DNA of 64,000 nucleotides, taken from positions 36,084,001-36,148,000 of the forward strand of contig NC_083417.1 of NCBI RefSeq assembly GCF_020745735.1, written 5' to 3'. The notes beneath the pieces are model-generated. The model did no database searches. It saw only the letters and a list, made by a program, of their open reading frames with translations, and was not told the origin of the DNA. The stretch is from Hemiscyllium ocellatum (taxonomy: Eukaryota). Both the position numbers and the translations under genes were made by a program. Shown here piece after piece: positions 53,379 to 64,000 of this stretch. The stretch's first letter is position 1; every line of letters starts with the position of its first letter.

Positions 53379-53690
53379 GGGCGGCACGGTGGCACAGTGG
53401 TTAGCACTGCTGCCTCACAGCGCCTGTAGACCCGGGTTCAATTCCCGACTCAGGCGACTGACTGTGTGGAGTTTGCACGTTCTCCCCGTGTCTGCGTGGG
53501 TTTCCTCCGGGTGCTCCGGTTTCCTCCCACAGTCACAAAGATGTGCGGGTCAGGTGAATTGGCCATGCTAAATTGCCCGTAGTGTTAGGTAAGGAGTAAA
53601 TGTAGGGGTATGGGTGGGTTGCGCTTCGGCGGGTCGGTGTGGACTTGTTGGGCCGAAGGGCCTGTTTCCACACTGTAAGTCTAATCTAAA
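53379..53690 (+). mobile_element. Young full-length HE1/V-SINE-like SINE
   Basis: Intact A box (tggcacagtgg) and B box (gggttcaattcc), CpGs retained, CR1-like tail. Confidence 0.96.
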
Positions 53691-54291
53691 AAAAAACCTT
53701 CTTAATAGTCACCTATATGCTGCCACATGACAGCTAGTTGCTGCTAAGGCAGTTGAGATATCTTGAGGCTCCAGCAGGTAAAAGAGAAAAACAAATGGAG
53801 TAAAAAGTCCCAGGAAAAGAGTTCTCCAATGACTTCCTGGACTACTGCAGAATGATGCCTCCAATGCCTGTATGAAGCTGGAGATTGTATTTTATGTTAA
53901 GAAACTGTTCTGCCATCAATGAAATGCTGAGGGCCCCACTAAATATCACTTAACAGGAAACTTGTGTTCCCTTTGGCAGGACTGCATTGAGGAAGCTGTC
54001 CGATGGCACTTCTTGCTACAGTTTTGGCCATCCCTGTCCATCTGCCAGAGCCATAGCAATTCTAGCAAATGTCTCAATTAGGTTGATCCTGCATAGGCAG
54101 TGGGTTTGACACTTAGGGTTATTTACTCTGAAGGTATTTTGACTAATGGAATGTGTTGGGCTACTGAGCAAAAAAAAACTATTTGCAAAATAAAGTCCAG
54201 AGGTCCACGATTTACGAATGTATAACTTCCAGCAGACATTCTTATGAACAGAATCTCATTTGTGTGGAGTGGGGATATAATTATAAAAATG

Positions 54292-54394
54292 TGGGAACAT
54301 AGGAACAGGATTAGGCCAGTTCCACCATTCAATGTGATCATGGCTGATCTGTGGCCTAACTCCACATACCTGCCTTTGGCCCATATCCCTTAAT
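54292..54394 (-). mobile_element. CR1 3'-terminal fragment
   Basis: gaacataggaacaggattaggcca...ccattcaatgtgatcatggctgatct...cccatatcccttaat. Confidence 0.75.
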
Positions 54395-56831
54395 TAACAC
54401 CGACATATGAACATTACCTGCTTTGGGTTCCAACTTATACATAAATCCAGAATGGAACTTATTCACAACCTGGGGTCTGCTTGTAATGCACATGCTCAAA
54501 CTTATTCAATAATTCCATAGTAGTAGCAGCCCAGTTGGATCCTGAACCTGTTTTGAACATTTGGTTGGAGAAAAGTCATTAATTTGAATAGCTGTATTTT
54601 TTTGATACGTAGATGTTGAAATGCCTGTGTTTGAACTTGAACATGGAACGAATCTTTGTCTCCCTCTTTCCCACTATAGTCACCATGCTTTGTAAAGACA
54701 CAATGTATGCAACGGGAAAAGTGCAGTAACTTTGCATATAACCAATGTAAACTCAAGATATTTAAAGTAAATCACCATACATATTGCAAATCTATTGACA
54801 ATCAATATGCATGCACAGAAACATCTCCTATATCAGAATATTTAAAATTTCTTAGGAGCAGATACCTCAATAAAAGCAATGCTTCAAATCAATGGATCAA
54901 AAGGCATCAAGGAGCTAGTTAGGATGGTTTCAGACTGTAGCTCCTGAGCCTTCCAGAAACATTAACTGAGCACAGGTAAGAATATTGCCTGTTCTAAAGA
55001 GATGATTGAAAAGAAAATATTTGGAATTCATTATGGCAAACTCCCACAGTTAGTGGCTGTGTCAAGATATTCCGCATTGAACTAGGTTATTAGTCATAGA
55101 GCAGCTAGATAATTAAACAATAGTGGAGAACAAGCTGTGAACAATTACAATCATTCTGAATAACTCTGACAATGTGTTCAGAGGAATAGGCCAAACAATT
55201 ACTAATTTGATAACTAAGCTCATTTTCAAGGGGGAGGGCGAATTCTTTTTAGCAACAATGACCAAGTAGCTCAGTAAATGGGAGAGGTGATTTTAACCTG
55301 CAGAAGGCATGGTTAATGGAGGAGTAATGGCTGTCGGCGTGCTGTCCTGTTAATGACCAGCTAGCAGACACTGTCAAAGGGCTCTACCTACTGGAACACC
55401 TGCCTGTTTCAATTGAAGGCCTGCTTTATTTCATGTTTTATGTTGTACATAAGACCTCAGTTGCCATTTTAGGGTGTAACTAATCACAGAGACACCATGT
55501 ACATTCTGACTATTTTCACCAATGAGGCCAACACAAGTAGGTTTTAAATTATTGTTGTCGTGTCAGGAAGAGTTGAAGGGGTCATCCCGGATCCCCGTTG
55601 ACATTTTCTCCAAATTTCTGAGATGATAGACCTTCAGCACCTCCATTAACATTGGGATAGTTTCACATGATCTACTTTTGCAGGAAGCTGAAGAGAGTAA
55701 TCTATGAGAGGCAGATTCTTCATTTAGTGTCTCATTTGAGATGGCATCACCGTAACATGTTGTTTTCAGCATTGGTGCTTGTTGTCAAGCTGCTGCAGCC
55801 ACTGAATGCATGGTAACAGATATGTTCCACTGGTGTAACGTCACCATTTCCCTCTGTTATTGGTTACTGTCTTCCATATATGAAAATTGATGTTTATGGT
55901 TCTCATTCCACACTTTCAAGCATCCTTTAAGTGGAGCTTTAACTCTTTCTTTTTTTCCTCAAACTAAATTCCCATTTAAATATTAATGGCGTCTTTGGAA
56001 ATGTATTTATCTTCCAATAACATCCAGGCCAGAGAGGTAGCCTCTGCTTGATAGGTGTGCGCATACTTCATAGATTTCCTTTGAGTGCTTTTATGATTTT
56101 GTTCTTCCATGACATGTGGTGAATCTGCCACAGATATCGAAGAAATCAATGATAATGTCGCAGCTATTTCAAATAAGCTTTACCCAAACTACATACCAGA
56201 GATAAGAGGTGAGAGAATCTGGGAAAATACAACACAGTTGCAGCAATGCAGATCTAATCCCCAACATGAGAAGAATGTACAAAATCCAGGAAAAGGAAAA
56301 AATGTCAAGCAAGTGAACTTGCCACTGTCAGATTATTATTTCTTTAAGATGACACAGTCAGTTAGCAGCTGAATTATGGAGAGAAACTGGGGGTGGGGAA
56401 GTTGCATTAAGCATGAAAAATGGCAAGCTCAGAGTTCCAAAGATAAAACTTCATCCAGAAGCTGGAAAGAAGCTCCAGAAAAGAGTATGGTTAGAAAAAG
56501 TGAGAAAAGTCAGCCTTATTTAGAAAAAACAAACATGAGCGTTAGTGAAATAGACTTTGTAAAAATCTTCTGAAGGTCCAGGAGGTGAAGTTAAATATTC
56601 CTAAAGGAAAAAGAATAACTTCATGAAAAAGGGTGCATAGACTTGAAAGGGAAGGCAAGAACACGTAAAAACCAAATACATAGTTGTTGGCAGGCAGAAG
56701 GCCTTTTTCAGTGAAAAATGCATCACCATGCCACAGACAATCAGCCGTTTGTTGTTGTCTGAGTGTTCATTAATACATACCTCCTGTCTCCAGTTTGTCT
56801 GTAGTAACTTCCCCCACCGCTTGAACAAACA

Positions 56832-57088
56832 GCAACACGGTGGCACAGCAGTTAGCACTGCTGCCTCACAGCGTCTGAGACCGGGGTTCAATTCCCGTCT
56901 CAGGCGACAGACTGTATGGAGTTTGCATGTTCTCCCCGTGTCTGTATGGGTGTGCTCTGGTTTCCTTCCAAAGTTGTGTGGGTCAGGTGAATTGGCCATG
57001 CTAAATTGCCCGTAATGGGGTAAATGTATGGGTTGGTGTGGACTTGTTGGGCCGAAGGGCCTGTTTCCACACGGTAAGTCTAATCTAA
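56832..57088 (+). mobile_element. HE1/V-SINE-like SINE with internal deletions
   Basis: Collinear with 53379-53690. Confidence 0.92.
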
Positions 57089-58125
57089 TAAGCAACGCTT
57101 ACAATGAATGTAGCTTGCTTTAAAAAGAGCAGCAATCTTTCCATAATCATTGTTTTTTTAAAGCAATCATTTTTGCACCAGTCCACAATCAAAAATTCAG
57201 AAAAACTAAAAGATACTGTTTTTACGCTATCCTAGCAGACTAATTATCATGGCATGAAGCAGAGACTACAGTTTATAGAGCTGGGACTACATGGTGAAGA
57301 TCAAATAACTGTCAAAAGTACAGTGTAGGAATGCTACAAGTTACTCTGCAAATCAGTACCATAAGAGAGTTGAAAACATTCATGTGGTTCACCATCATCA
57401 CACCTCCCTCTTTAGCCAGCATGCATGTCTTGGTCACAATATCCTTAAGATGGCCAAAAGAGTCCCACTAGTTCCAAGAGACCAACAGGTCCAAAAACAA
57501 ATAGTTGTCAACCAACCGATTAAGGGGTAACCAACAATACATGTCCCTGGGTTACTACACTCATGGCCAAACCAAACATGAGAAAGGAACTGTTTCATAT
57601 GACCGAGATAAAACAATGGCCAGCAAGTTTAAAGAGCATCAATCAGATTACTGGCTACGAGTGTGACAGACAGTAGCCTGTACATCTCGGTACTTTTTGG
57701 TTGCCTAAATTGAAGGAAGATGCTTCTTTGAAGGAATCATCAACTGCTTAATGGGATTTGTTCTTGATTTCTTGGGATCACTCTCTTAGATTTTAACTTA
57801 CTCAATATTGTTGCCAGGAGTACAGGGTTAGGGTTGTTGTACAAGGTCATGATTCTGAAAAGGGTAGTACTTATATTACATTGGCTGCATCCATTCCACT
57901 AATGCCACTCACAGTTTGTGGTTGGAGACGAGGGAGTTCTGTTCTAACTTCCATATAGAGTAGACCTACCTATAATGTTCTAGTACTTGTACCTGACCAA
58001 GTGTAGCTATATTCATTCCAATCACACAATAAATTGGACAATAGCCATTTCAGTAGGTCCCTTACAGTGGAGAATCCTCAGCCACAGCCACCTCACAATG
58101 ATGCAATTTAGTTAAATTTGGTTTA

Positions 58126-58246
58126 GTTCTCCAGAAGAATTATATTAGATTTGAAACATTAATGCTGCTGCTGCTAGACTTGTTGAGTTTCTCCGACACT
58201 ATCTGTTTTTACTTTAGTTCTCTAGTATTTGCAGTAGTATGTTTTT
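58126..58246 (+). mobile_element. Very decayed PLE pLTR (subfamily B)
   Basis: ccagaagaattatattagatttGAAACattaa...ctgctagacttgttgagtttctcc...tctagtatttgcagtagtatgttttt. Confidence 0.45.
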
Positions 58247-58803
58247 AACTCAATTTGGAGACATGGTTGAATTCAAAGTGTGAGAATTGCTCACTGGCCA
58301 GCTGGATCTCATAACCTGCAGGACAGCACTAAAGACTAAGAAGCTGGCCTAACATCTTGATAAAGTCAGAACTTTGGCCAGCTGTGTTTGAAGAAAAGAG
58401 TTTGCACATTTTCTCTAGAGACTGCTGGAAAATGATTTCAAAATCTTTTCCAAAAAGGAGCATCAAGTGAAAGCAGTCAAGACAGAAAAAAAGAGCAGCT
58501 ACGCTCTCACTGATATCCTCAATTAAAACAAAAAGTTAAACTGACAACTGTTTTGGCATTAGAAAGCAGACGTTGATGATAAATGAAAACAGCTCTGTCA
58601 GTAGATGCAGTTATGAGTCAAGTCCCACTGGGCTTGCTCTGGATTCCCTGCTGTTTAGACTATTCATGGAGAGAACTTGTTGGAAAACTACAGCAGCTAT
58701 GATACTAAGCTGTGTGGTCAAGTGACAAATATAAAATTGATTAGAAGCATAGAATGGGATCACAGTCAACTAAGTAAATGGGCTAAGGAGTTAAATAGAC
58801 AAG

Positions 58804-59661
58804 ACGAAAGTGAGGACTGCAGACGCTGGAGATTAGAGTCGAGAGTGTGGTGCTAGAAAAGCGCAGCAGACCAGGCAGCATCCGAAGGGCAGGAAAATCG
58901 ATGTTTCAGGCAAAAGCCCTTCATCAGGAATGTGACTGGGAGTCTCAGGGGTGGAGAGATTAATGGGAGGGGGGTGGGCCTGGGAGAAGGTAGCTGAGAG
59001 TGCGATAGGTGGATGCAGGTGGGGATAATGGTGATGGGTCAGAGAGGAGGGTGGAGTGGATAGGTGGAAAGGAAGATGGACAGGTAAGACAGGTCATGAG
59101 GGTGGTGCTGAGCTGGAAGGTTGGAACTGGGATAAGATGGGGGAAGGGGAAATGAGCAAATTAGTGAAATCCATATTGATGCCATGGGGTTGGATGGTCC
59201 TGAGGCAGATGATGAGGCATTTTTCCTCCAGGTATCAGGTGGTTCAGGAGTGGCGATGGAGGAGGCCCAGGACCTGCATGTCCTTGGGGGAGTGGGAGGG
59301 GGAGTTGAAGTGTTCGGCCACAGGGTGGTGGGTTGATTGGTGCAGGTGTCCCGGAGATGTTCCCTAAAGTGCTCTGCGAGGAGGTGTTCTGTCTTGTCAG
59401 TGTAGAGGAGACTGCATCAGGAGCAACGGATACAGTAAGTAACATGTGTGGAAATGCAGGTGAAACTTTGATGGATGTGGAAGGTTCCTTTGGAGTTTGG
59501 ATGGAGGTGAAGGGGGAGGTGTGGGCGGAGGTTTTGCAGTTTCTGGGGTGGCAGGGGAAGGTGCCAGGAGGGGAGGGTGAGTTGTTGGGGGGCGTGGCCC
59601 TAACCAGGTAGTCACAGAGGGAACAGTCTTTATGGAACGGGGTTACGGGTAGGCAGGGAAA
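58804..59661 (-). mobile_element. Penelope-like element 3' part (frameshifted GIY-YIG region + pLTR with hammerhead)
   Basis: PPGTFPCHPRNCKTSAHT motif; collinear with 61308-62020. Hammerhead attcCTGATGAagggcttttgcctGAAACATC (about 58896-58931, minus). TSD taaatagacaag (58792-58803) / taagtagacaag (59662-59673). Confidence 0.93.
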
Positions 59662-61404
59662 TAAGTAGACAAGTTTACTGAAGAGATAACAATACAAACA
59701 GGAAAAGGAGAAGTAAGTAACTATCAACAAAAGTAGAGAAATCAAAGGATTTGAGGATGATAATTTGTTTATACTGCTTGATTCAAAGTGATGCCATTAA
59801 CTACAATCCTGATCAATGCTCAGGAATGCAGCTGCAAGTTCAAAGATTAGAAGAAATACAAGCATGCAATACAGAACCATATCAAATCATTAGTGAGGTT
59901 AAATTCCAAATTGTTTAGCCAGCTGGGAATCAGATCATCTATAAGATATTGAAATGCTATTGAGAGATTGACATGCGATTGAAGATTTTGGAGAAGAGTG
60001 ATCAGATTCTCAATGACAATGCTTCTCACAGTGAGCAGCTTCAAGAATCTTTGAACTTGCTGAAAGGTTGCAAGAGAGAAAACTTCAGGGTGGCGATTTT
60101 TTGCTTTGAATTTCTAAGAAACATGAATTATTCAGAATTGTGAAATATTTGGACTTAAAATGCAAAATTAACAAGCCTAGGAAGTTTTTTTGAGGGTTGT
60201 TTCATGTGCATTTCTTACTTTTGGGGAATAATGGGGTGGGGCCAAAAGAATTAGCAGGCTTATTATTGTCTTATTGAATCACATTATGATCATTCCATGG
60301 TCACGGCCATCAAGTCCAGACATGGAACGTGAAGCCAGAAATTTTGGTCCAAAGTTAGGCATGCCAACTCTCCATCACAGCACCCCCAATCAACTCTGAG
60401 TGAAATGAAATATTTAAAGACTGCTTTATTTCCCTAGATTGGTGGATCAATTCCTTCACAAAGGAACAGAATGAATATCAAATTAGGAATAGTAGTGAAA
60501 GTTATTATGATAAGATGATATAAATGAGATATGATCAAATTATCAAATACTCTATAGAACATGATAGTTCAAATGCTGCAGGGATGATTGAAATGTCATC
60601 TGTTGAAAGAAAATGGCCAAGTCTGAAAAATCAAGCTGTGCGTGCGGATAAATATTGTAGTTTTATTCGACTATCTTAGGTGAAGAATACAGTTTGCAAG
60701 AACTTTCCCTCTGGTAATTCAAGAGTGATATGGCAAAATATATATGATCTGCAGAAAACTTAATAGTCTTTTGGTATCCCGTGCTTTCAAATGTTCTTAA
60801 ATAATTAAAGTATAACAATAAAAGGCAAAGAACAACTGTAATACTATTGATCCACACATTCCTAAATAAAATTAACGTGCCATGAAGCTGCATTCTTCAC
60901 TTATTACATACAATTTAGTTAAACTTTATCTAAAATATCATCAACTCAAAGTTTTTTAAAAGATTGCAATGCATTTAATTTTTGCTTAAAGTGTTTATTT
61001 TGGCCCATGAATGCTGATAGCGAATAGAGTTGAAGTTTATTTACTGATTATGCTTGAAAGCATATTTTAATTTAATTTGATAAATAATTTGTGCCTTCAT
61101 TTAATGATTGATTTTCTTGCAATCTGCATGAAAGAGTTGAAAACGTCTCTGCTTTTGAAAAGTATTGACAGACAATGGATGTTTCCTAATTATCAGAAAT
61201 GAGCAAGGTTCTATTCTGCATAACTTAACCCTCCCTTTTATTTCAAAGTTAACAGAATCATTTGCCTAAAGTTCTGTTATGCTACAAATGGCATTTCAAT
61301 GTAGCTTCGAGTAAAAAATGAGGTCTGCAGATGCTGGAGATCACAGCTGCAAATGTGTTGCTGGTCAAAGCACAGCAGGCCAGGCAGCATCTCAGGAATA
61401 GAGA

Positions 61405-61440
61405 ATTCGACGTTTCGAGCATAAGCCCTTCATCAGGAAT
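61405..61440 (-). ncRNA. Minimal type I hammerhead ribozyme, core intact
   Basis: 5'-AUUC CUGAUGA A GGGC UUAU GCUC GAAAC GUC GAAU-3'. Stem I AUUC/GAAU, stem II GGGC/GCUC, minimal stem III with palindromic ACGU. Predicted cut after GUC (between 61409 and 61408). Confidence 0.9.
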
Positions 61441-61573
61441 AAGAGAGAGAGAGCCAAGCAGGCTAAGATAAAAGGTAGGGAGGAGGGACTAGGGGGAGGG
61501 GCGATGGAGGTGGGATAGGTGGAAGGAGGTCAAGGTGAGGGTGATAGGCCGGAGTGGGATGGGGGCGGAGAGG

Positions 61574-62022
61574 TCAGGAAGAGGATTGCAGGTTAGGAGG
61601 GCGGTGCTGAGTTGAGGGAACCGACTGAGACAAGGTGGGGGGAGGGGAAATGAGGAAACTGGAGAAGTCTGAATTCATACCTTGTGGTTGGAGGGTTCCC
61701 AGGCGGAAGATGAGGCGCTCCTCCTCCAGCCGTCGTGTAGTTGTGTTCTGCCGGTGGAGGAGTCCAAGGACCTGCATGTCCTCGGTGGAGTGGAAGGGGG
61801 AGTTAAAGTGTTGAGCCACGGGGTGATTGGGTTGGTTGGTTCGGGCGGCCCGGAGGTGTTCTCTGAAGCGTTCCGTAAGTAAGCGGCCTGTCTCACCAAT
61901 ATAGAGGAGGCCACATCGGGTGCAGCGGATGCAATAGATGATGTGTTTGGAGGTACAGGTGAACTTGTGGCGGATATGGAAGGATCCCTTGGGGCCTTGG
62001 AGGGAAGTGAGTGTGGAGGTGT
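61574..62022 (-). pseudogene. PLE ORF C-terminus: GIY-YIG endonuclease domain (5'-truncated)
   Basis: HIIYCIRCTRCGLLYIGETGRLLTERFREH...VAQHFN...EERLIFRLGTLQPQGMN, with no internal stops. Confidence 0.93.
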
Positions 62023-62316
62023 GTTCTGAAGCGTTCCGCAAGTAAGCGGCCTGTCTCACCAATATAGAGGAGGCCACATCGGGTGCAGCGGATGCAATAG
62101 ATGATGTGTGTGGAGGTACAGGTCTCTGAAGCGTTCCGCAAGTAAGCGGCCTGTCTCACCAATATAGAGGAGGCCACATCGGGTGCAGCGGACTCTGAAG
62201 CGTTCCGCAAGTAAGCGGCCTGTCTCACCAATATAGAGGAGGCCACATCGGGTGCAGCGGACTCTGAAGCGTTCCGCAAGTAAGCGGCCTGTCTCACCAA
62301 TATAGAGGAGGCCACA
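61861..62316. repeat. Five direct repeats with a common start (TCTGAAGCGTTCCG) and decreasing length
   Basis: Units start at 61861, about 62024, 62124, 62193 and 62262, with lengths of about 163, 100, 69, 69 and 54 bp. Confidence 0.97.
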
Positions 62317-62470
62317 ATGTAGCTTGACCATTTTGGAACAAACTAAAAGCATAACCACAACACTAAATTTGTTTATTTAGTGTTTTTCAGCTAAATAGCT
62401 GAGATTGCTATCCAACAAAACAAAAGACAATGCAGGTAGAGAATGGGAGAATGGATGCAAATAAAAATAA

Positions 62471-64000
62471 AGGGCTGAATTTTACCAGAAATCAGCTAGG
62501 CATCAACTTTGGCAAGTTTCGTGGAGGGTTTTCTTAGTGATTCCCAGGGAGTGTTACAGTTTAAAGATACAGGGGAGGCCATTTAGAACTGAAATGAGGG
62601 GACATTTCTTCACCCAGCAAATCGTGAATTCTGTGGAATTCTCTGCCACAGAATGCAGTTGAGGCCAAAACAGTGAATGTTTTCAAGAAAGAATTAGATC
62701 TAGTTCTTAAGACAAAAAGAATCATAAAGCATGGGAGAAATTGGAATCAGGGGATTGAGTTAGATGATCAGCTGTGATCATATTGAATAACAGAGCAGGC
62801 TCAAAGTACCAAATGACCTCCTCCTGCTTATTTGTCCATGTTTTCTCATGTTCTGCTCTGCAAGTTGTTTCATTAGCTATGCACCATGCCTCTGTGGCAC
62901 TCCACACTCTCCAGAGGTAGAGGTAATTGCCATTTATGTGTCCTCCTGCAATTACGGGCACCATTTTTAAATGCTAGTCATGCTGCCATCGAGGAACTTC
63001 CTTTCACTGCGCATGTATGTAATGGGAGAGCAGCAAAAAAAAACCTCTGAGAGCACATAGGTGGCACAGCTGGCATCTCATTCCAAATACAAGAGTGCAT
63101 TCATAAATATATTACTATTCAAGAACAACTCAGCTTGCCCATCTCTTGGATAATCACATCTTACAATCCTGGCTAAGGGAGGGAATGTCTTTTCCCTCCA
63201 TTCCCGATGTATCCCAACAACCTCTCATTGTTCAATGTGTGATCATCACATACAGTGAAGCCTTCAAATAATTGAAATCATTCACTTTTATTTTACAACA
63301 GCAAACACGAAAAAAGAACAATCCAACAAAAGCTGCATTTTCTTCTGGGAAAGTCCAGGGACCACTTGCCTTTTGAGCAGAAACAATTTCACAGTCAACA
63401 GAAGAACACTGCACCCAGCTCACATCCACCAGAAGATGATGCCAATTTAGTCTTGGCTAGCCTGTTGCTCCCAATGTTGCAGCACTCTATCATACTAAAG
63501 GTAATGTCCCTCCTGCTCAATGTCTTCATTTGTCTCTTCAGAACACTGCTTCTGCTGTCTCAGCTCCTCACAGTCCATCATATTTCTTTTTGCCTCCTCC
63601 AACTGTGCAGACCACAGCCTATGAGGATTATGTGACATATTCTGTCTGGAATGTATTGCGAGATCCTCTTCACATCCTGCTCTCCTTTCCAACCCCCAGC
63701 CCCAATCTAATCCACACATTAGAATCTTATCATCAACTGGCCTATCATTCACTTGGCAATTCGCTGGAGGAAGATAAAACTGCATTGTATTGACACTCAG
63801 CCTCACTCAAGGGCATTGTGTTATGGAATTGTCAGCCACTGTTAAGAGGATGGCCTTTGTCTCCTAGTAAATATCTTTATAAAGCTTCCAGCCCTTAAAA
63901 TGAAGCAGGAACAGGCGATTTCTCAAGGATATAGGCATCATGGCAGCTGCCAGGATACAGACTTCTAAGATGTGGTGCCAAGGATCCCAGATGCTTGTAG
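62471..64000 (-). mobile_element. Decayed PIF/Harbinger DNA transposon; transposase remnant about 63520-64000, continuing past the window edge
   Basis: Minus strand across frameshifts reads YPGSCHDAYILEKS...LLGDKGHPL..WLT...EAECQYNA...IGQLMIRF...QYIPDRICHIILIGCGLHS (DDE_Tnp_4-like motifs). Putative terminus gggctgaatttt at 62472. Confidence 0.8.
62556..62850 (+). mobile_element. CR1 3' end nested in the Harbinger remnant
   Basis: catttagaactgaaatgaggggacatttcttcacccag...tggaattctctgccacagaatgcagttgaggcc...gatcagctgtgatcatattgaat. Confidence 0.88.

Larger units (their letters stand above)
61308..62314 (-). mobile_element. Young 5'-truncated Penelope-like element (Neptune-like) with reiterated 5' end
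   Basis: Perfect TSD caatgtagctt (61297-61307 / 62315-62325), pLTR with hammerhead and an open GIY-YIG C-terminus. Confidence 0.96.

Noticed and set aside
53379-53450. tRNA gene
   Set aside because: The A/B boxes belong to a SINE head that continues into the SINE body; the same holds for all other copies.
61861-62316. CRISPR-like array
   Set aside because: There are no unique spacers: inter-repeat sequence is the collinear continuation of the PLE ORF, and the context is a vertebrate genome.

Overview
AT-rich vertebrate genomic DNA, almost certainly from a cartilaginous fish (inferred from the repeat families present). No host protein-coding exon could be supported. The window is intergenic/intronic, and a large part is transposon-derived: many 5'-truncated CR1-clade LINEs, at least 7 copies of an HE1/V-SINE-like tRNA SINE, two other tRNA-SINE families, a DeuSINE remnant, an RTE 3' end, Gypsy-type LTR remnants, a clean solo LTR and a decayed Harbinger transposase. 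The notable signal is a dense set (about 14 copies, 3 subfamilies) of Penelope-like element (PLE) termini carrying minimal type I hammerhead ribozymes. Most are tiny (110-220 bp) fold-back or inverted insertions whose inner breakpoints cluster just 5' of the hammerhead core; most are flanked by target-site duplications (TSDs). One young PLE (61308-62314) has an intact hammerhead and GIY-YIG C-terminus, a perfect 11-bp TSD, and five successive copies of a segment that all restart at the same template position. This looks like reiterative, telomerase-like re-priming by the PLE reverse transcriptase. All family names come from my recognition of motifs, not from database searches.
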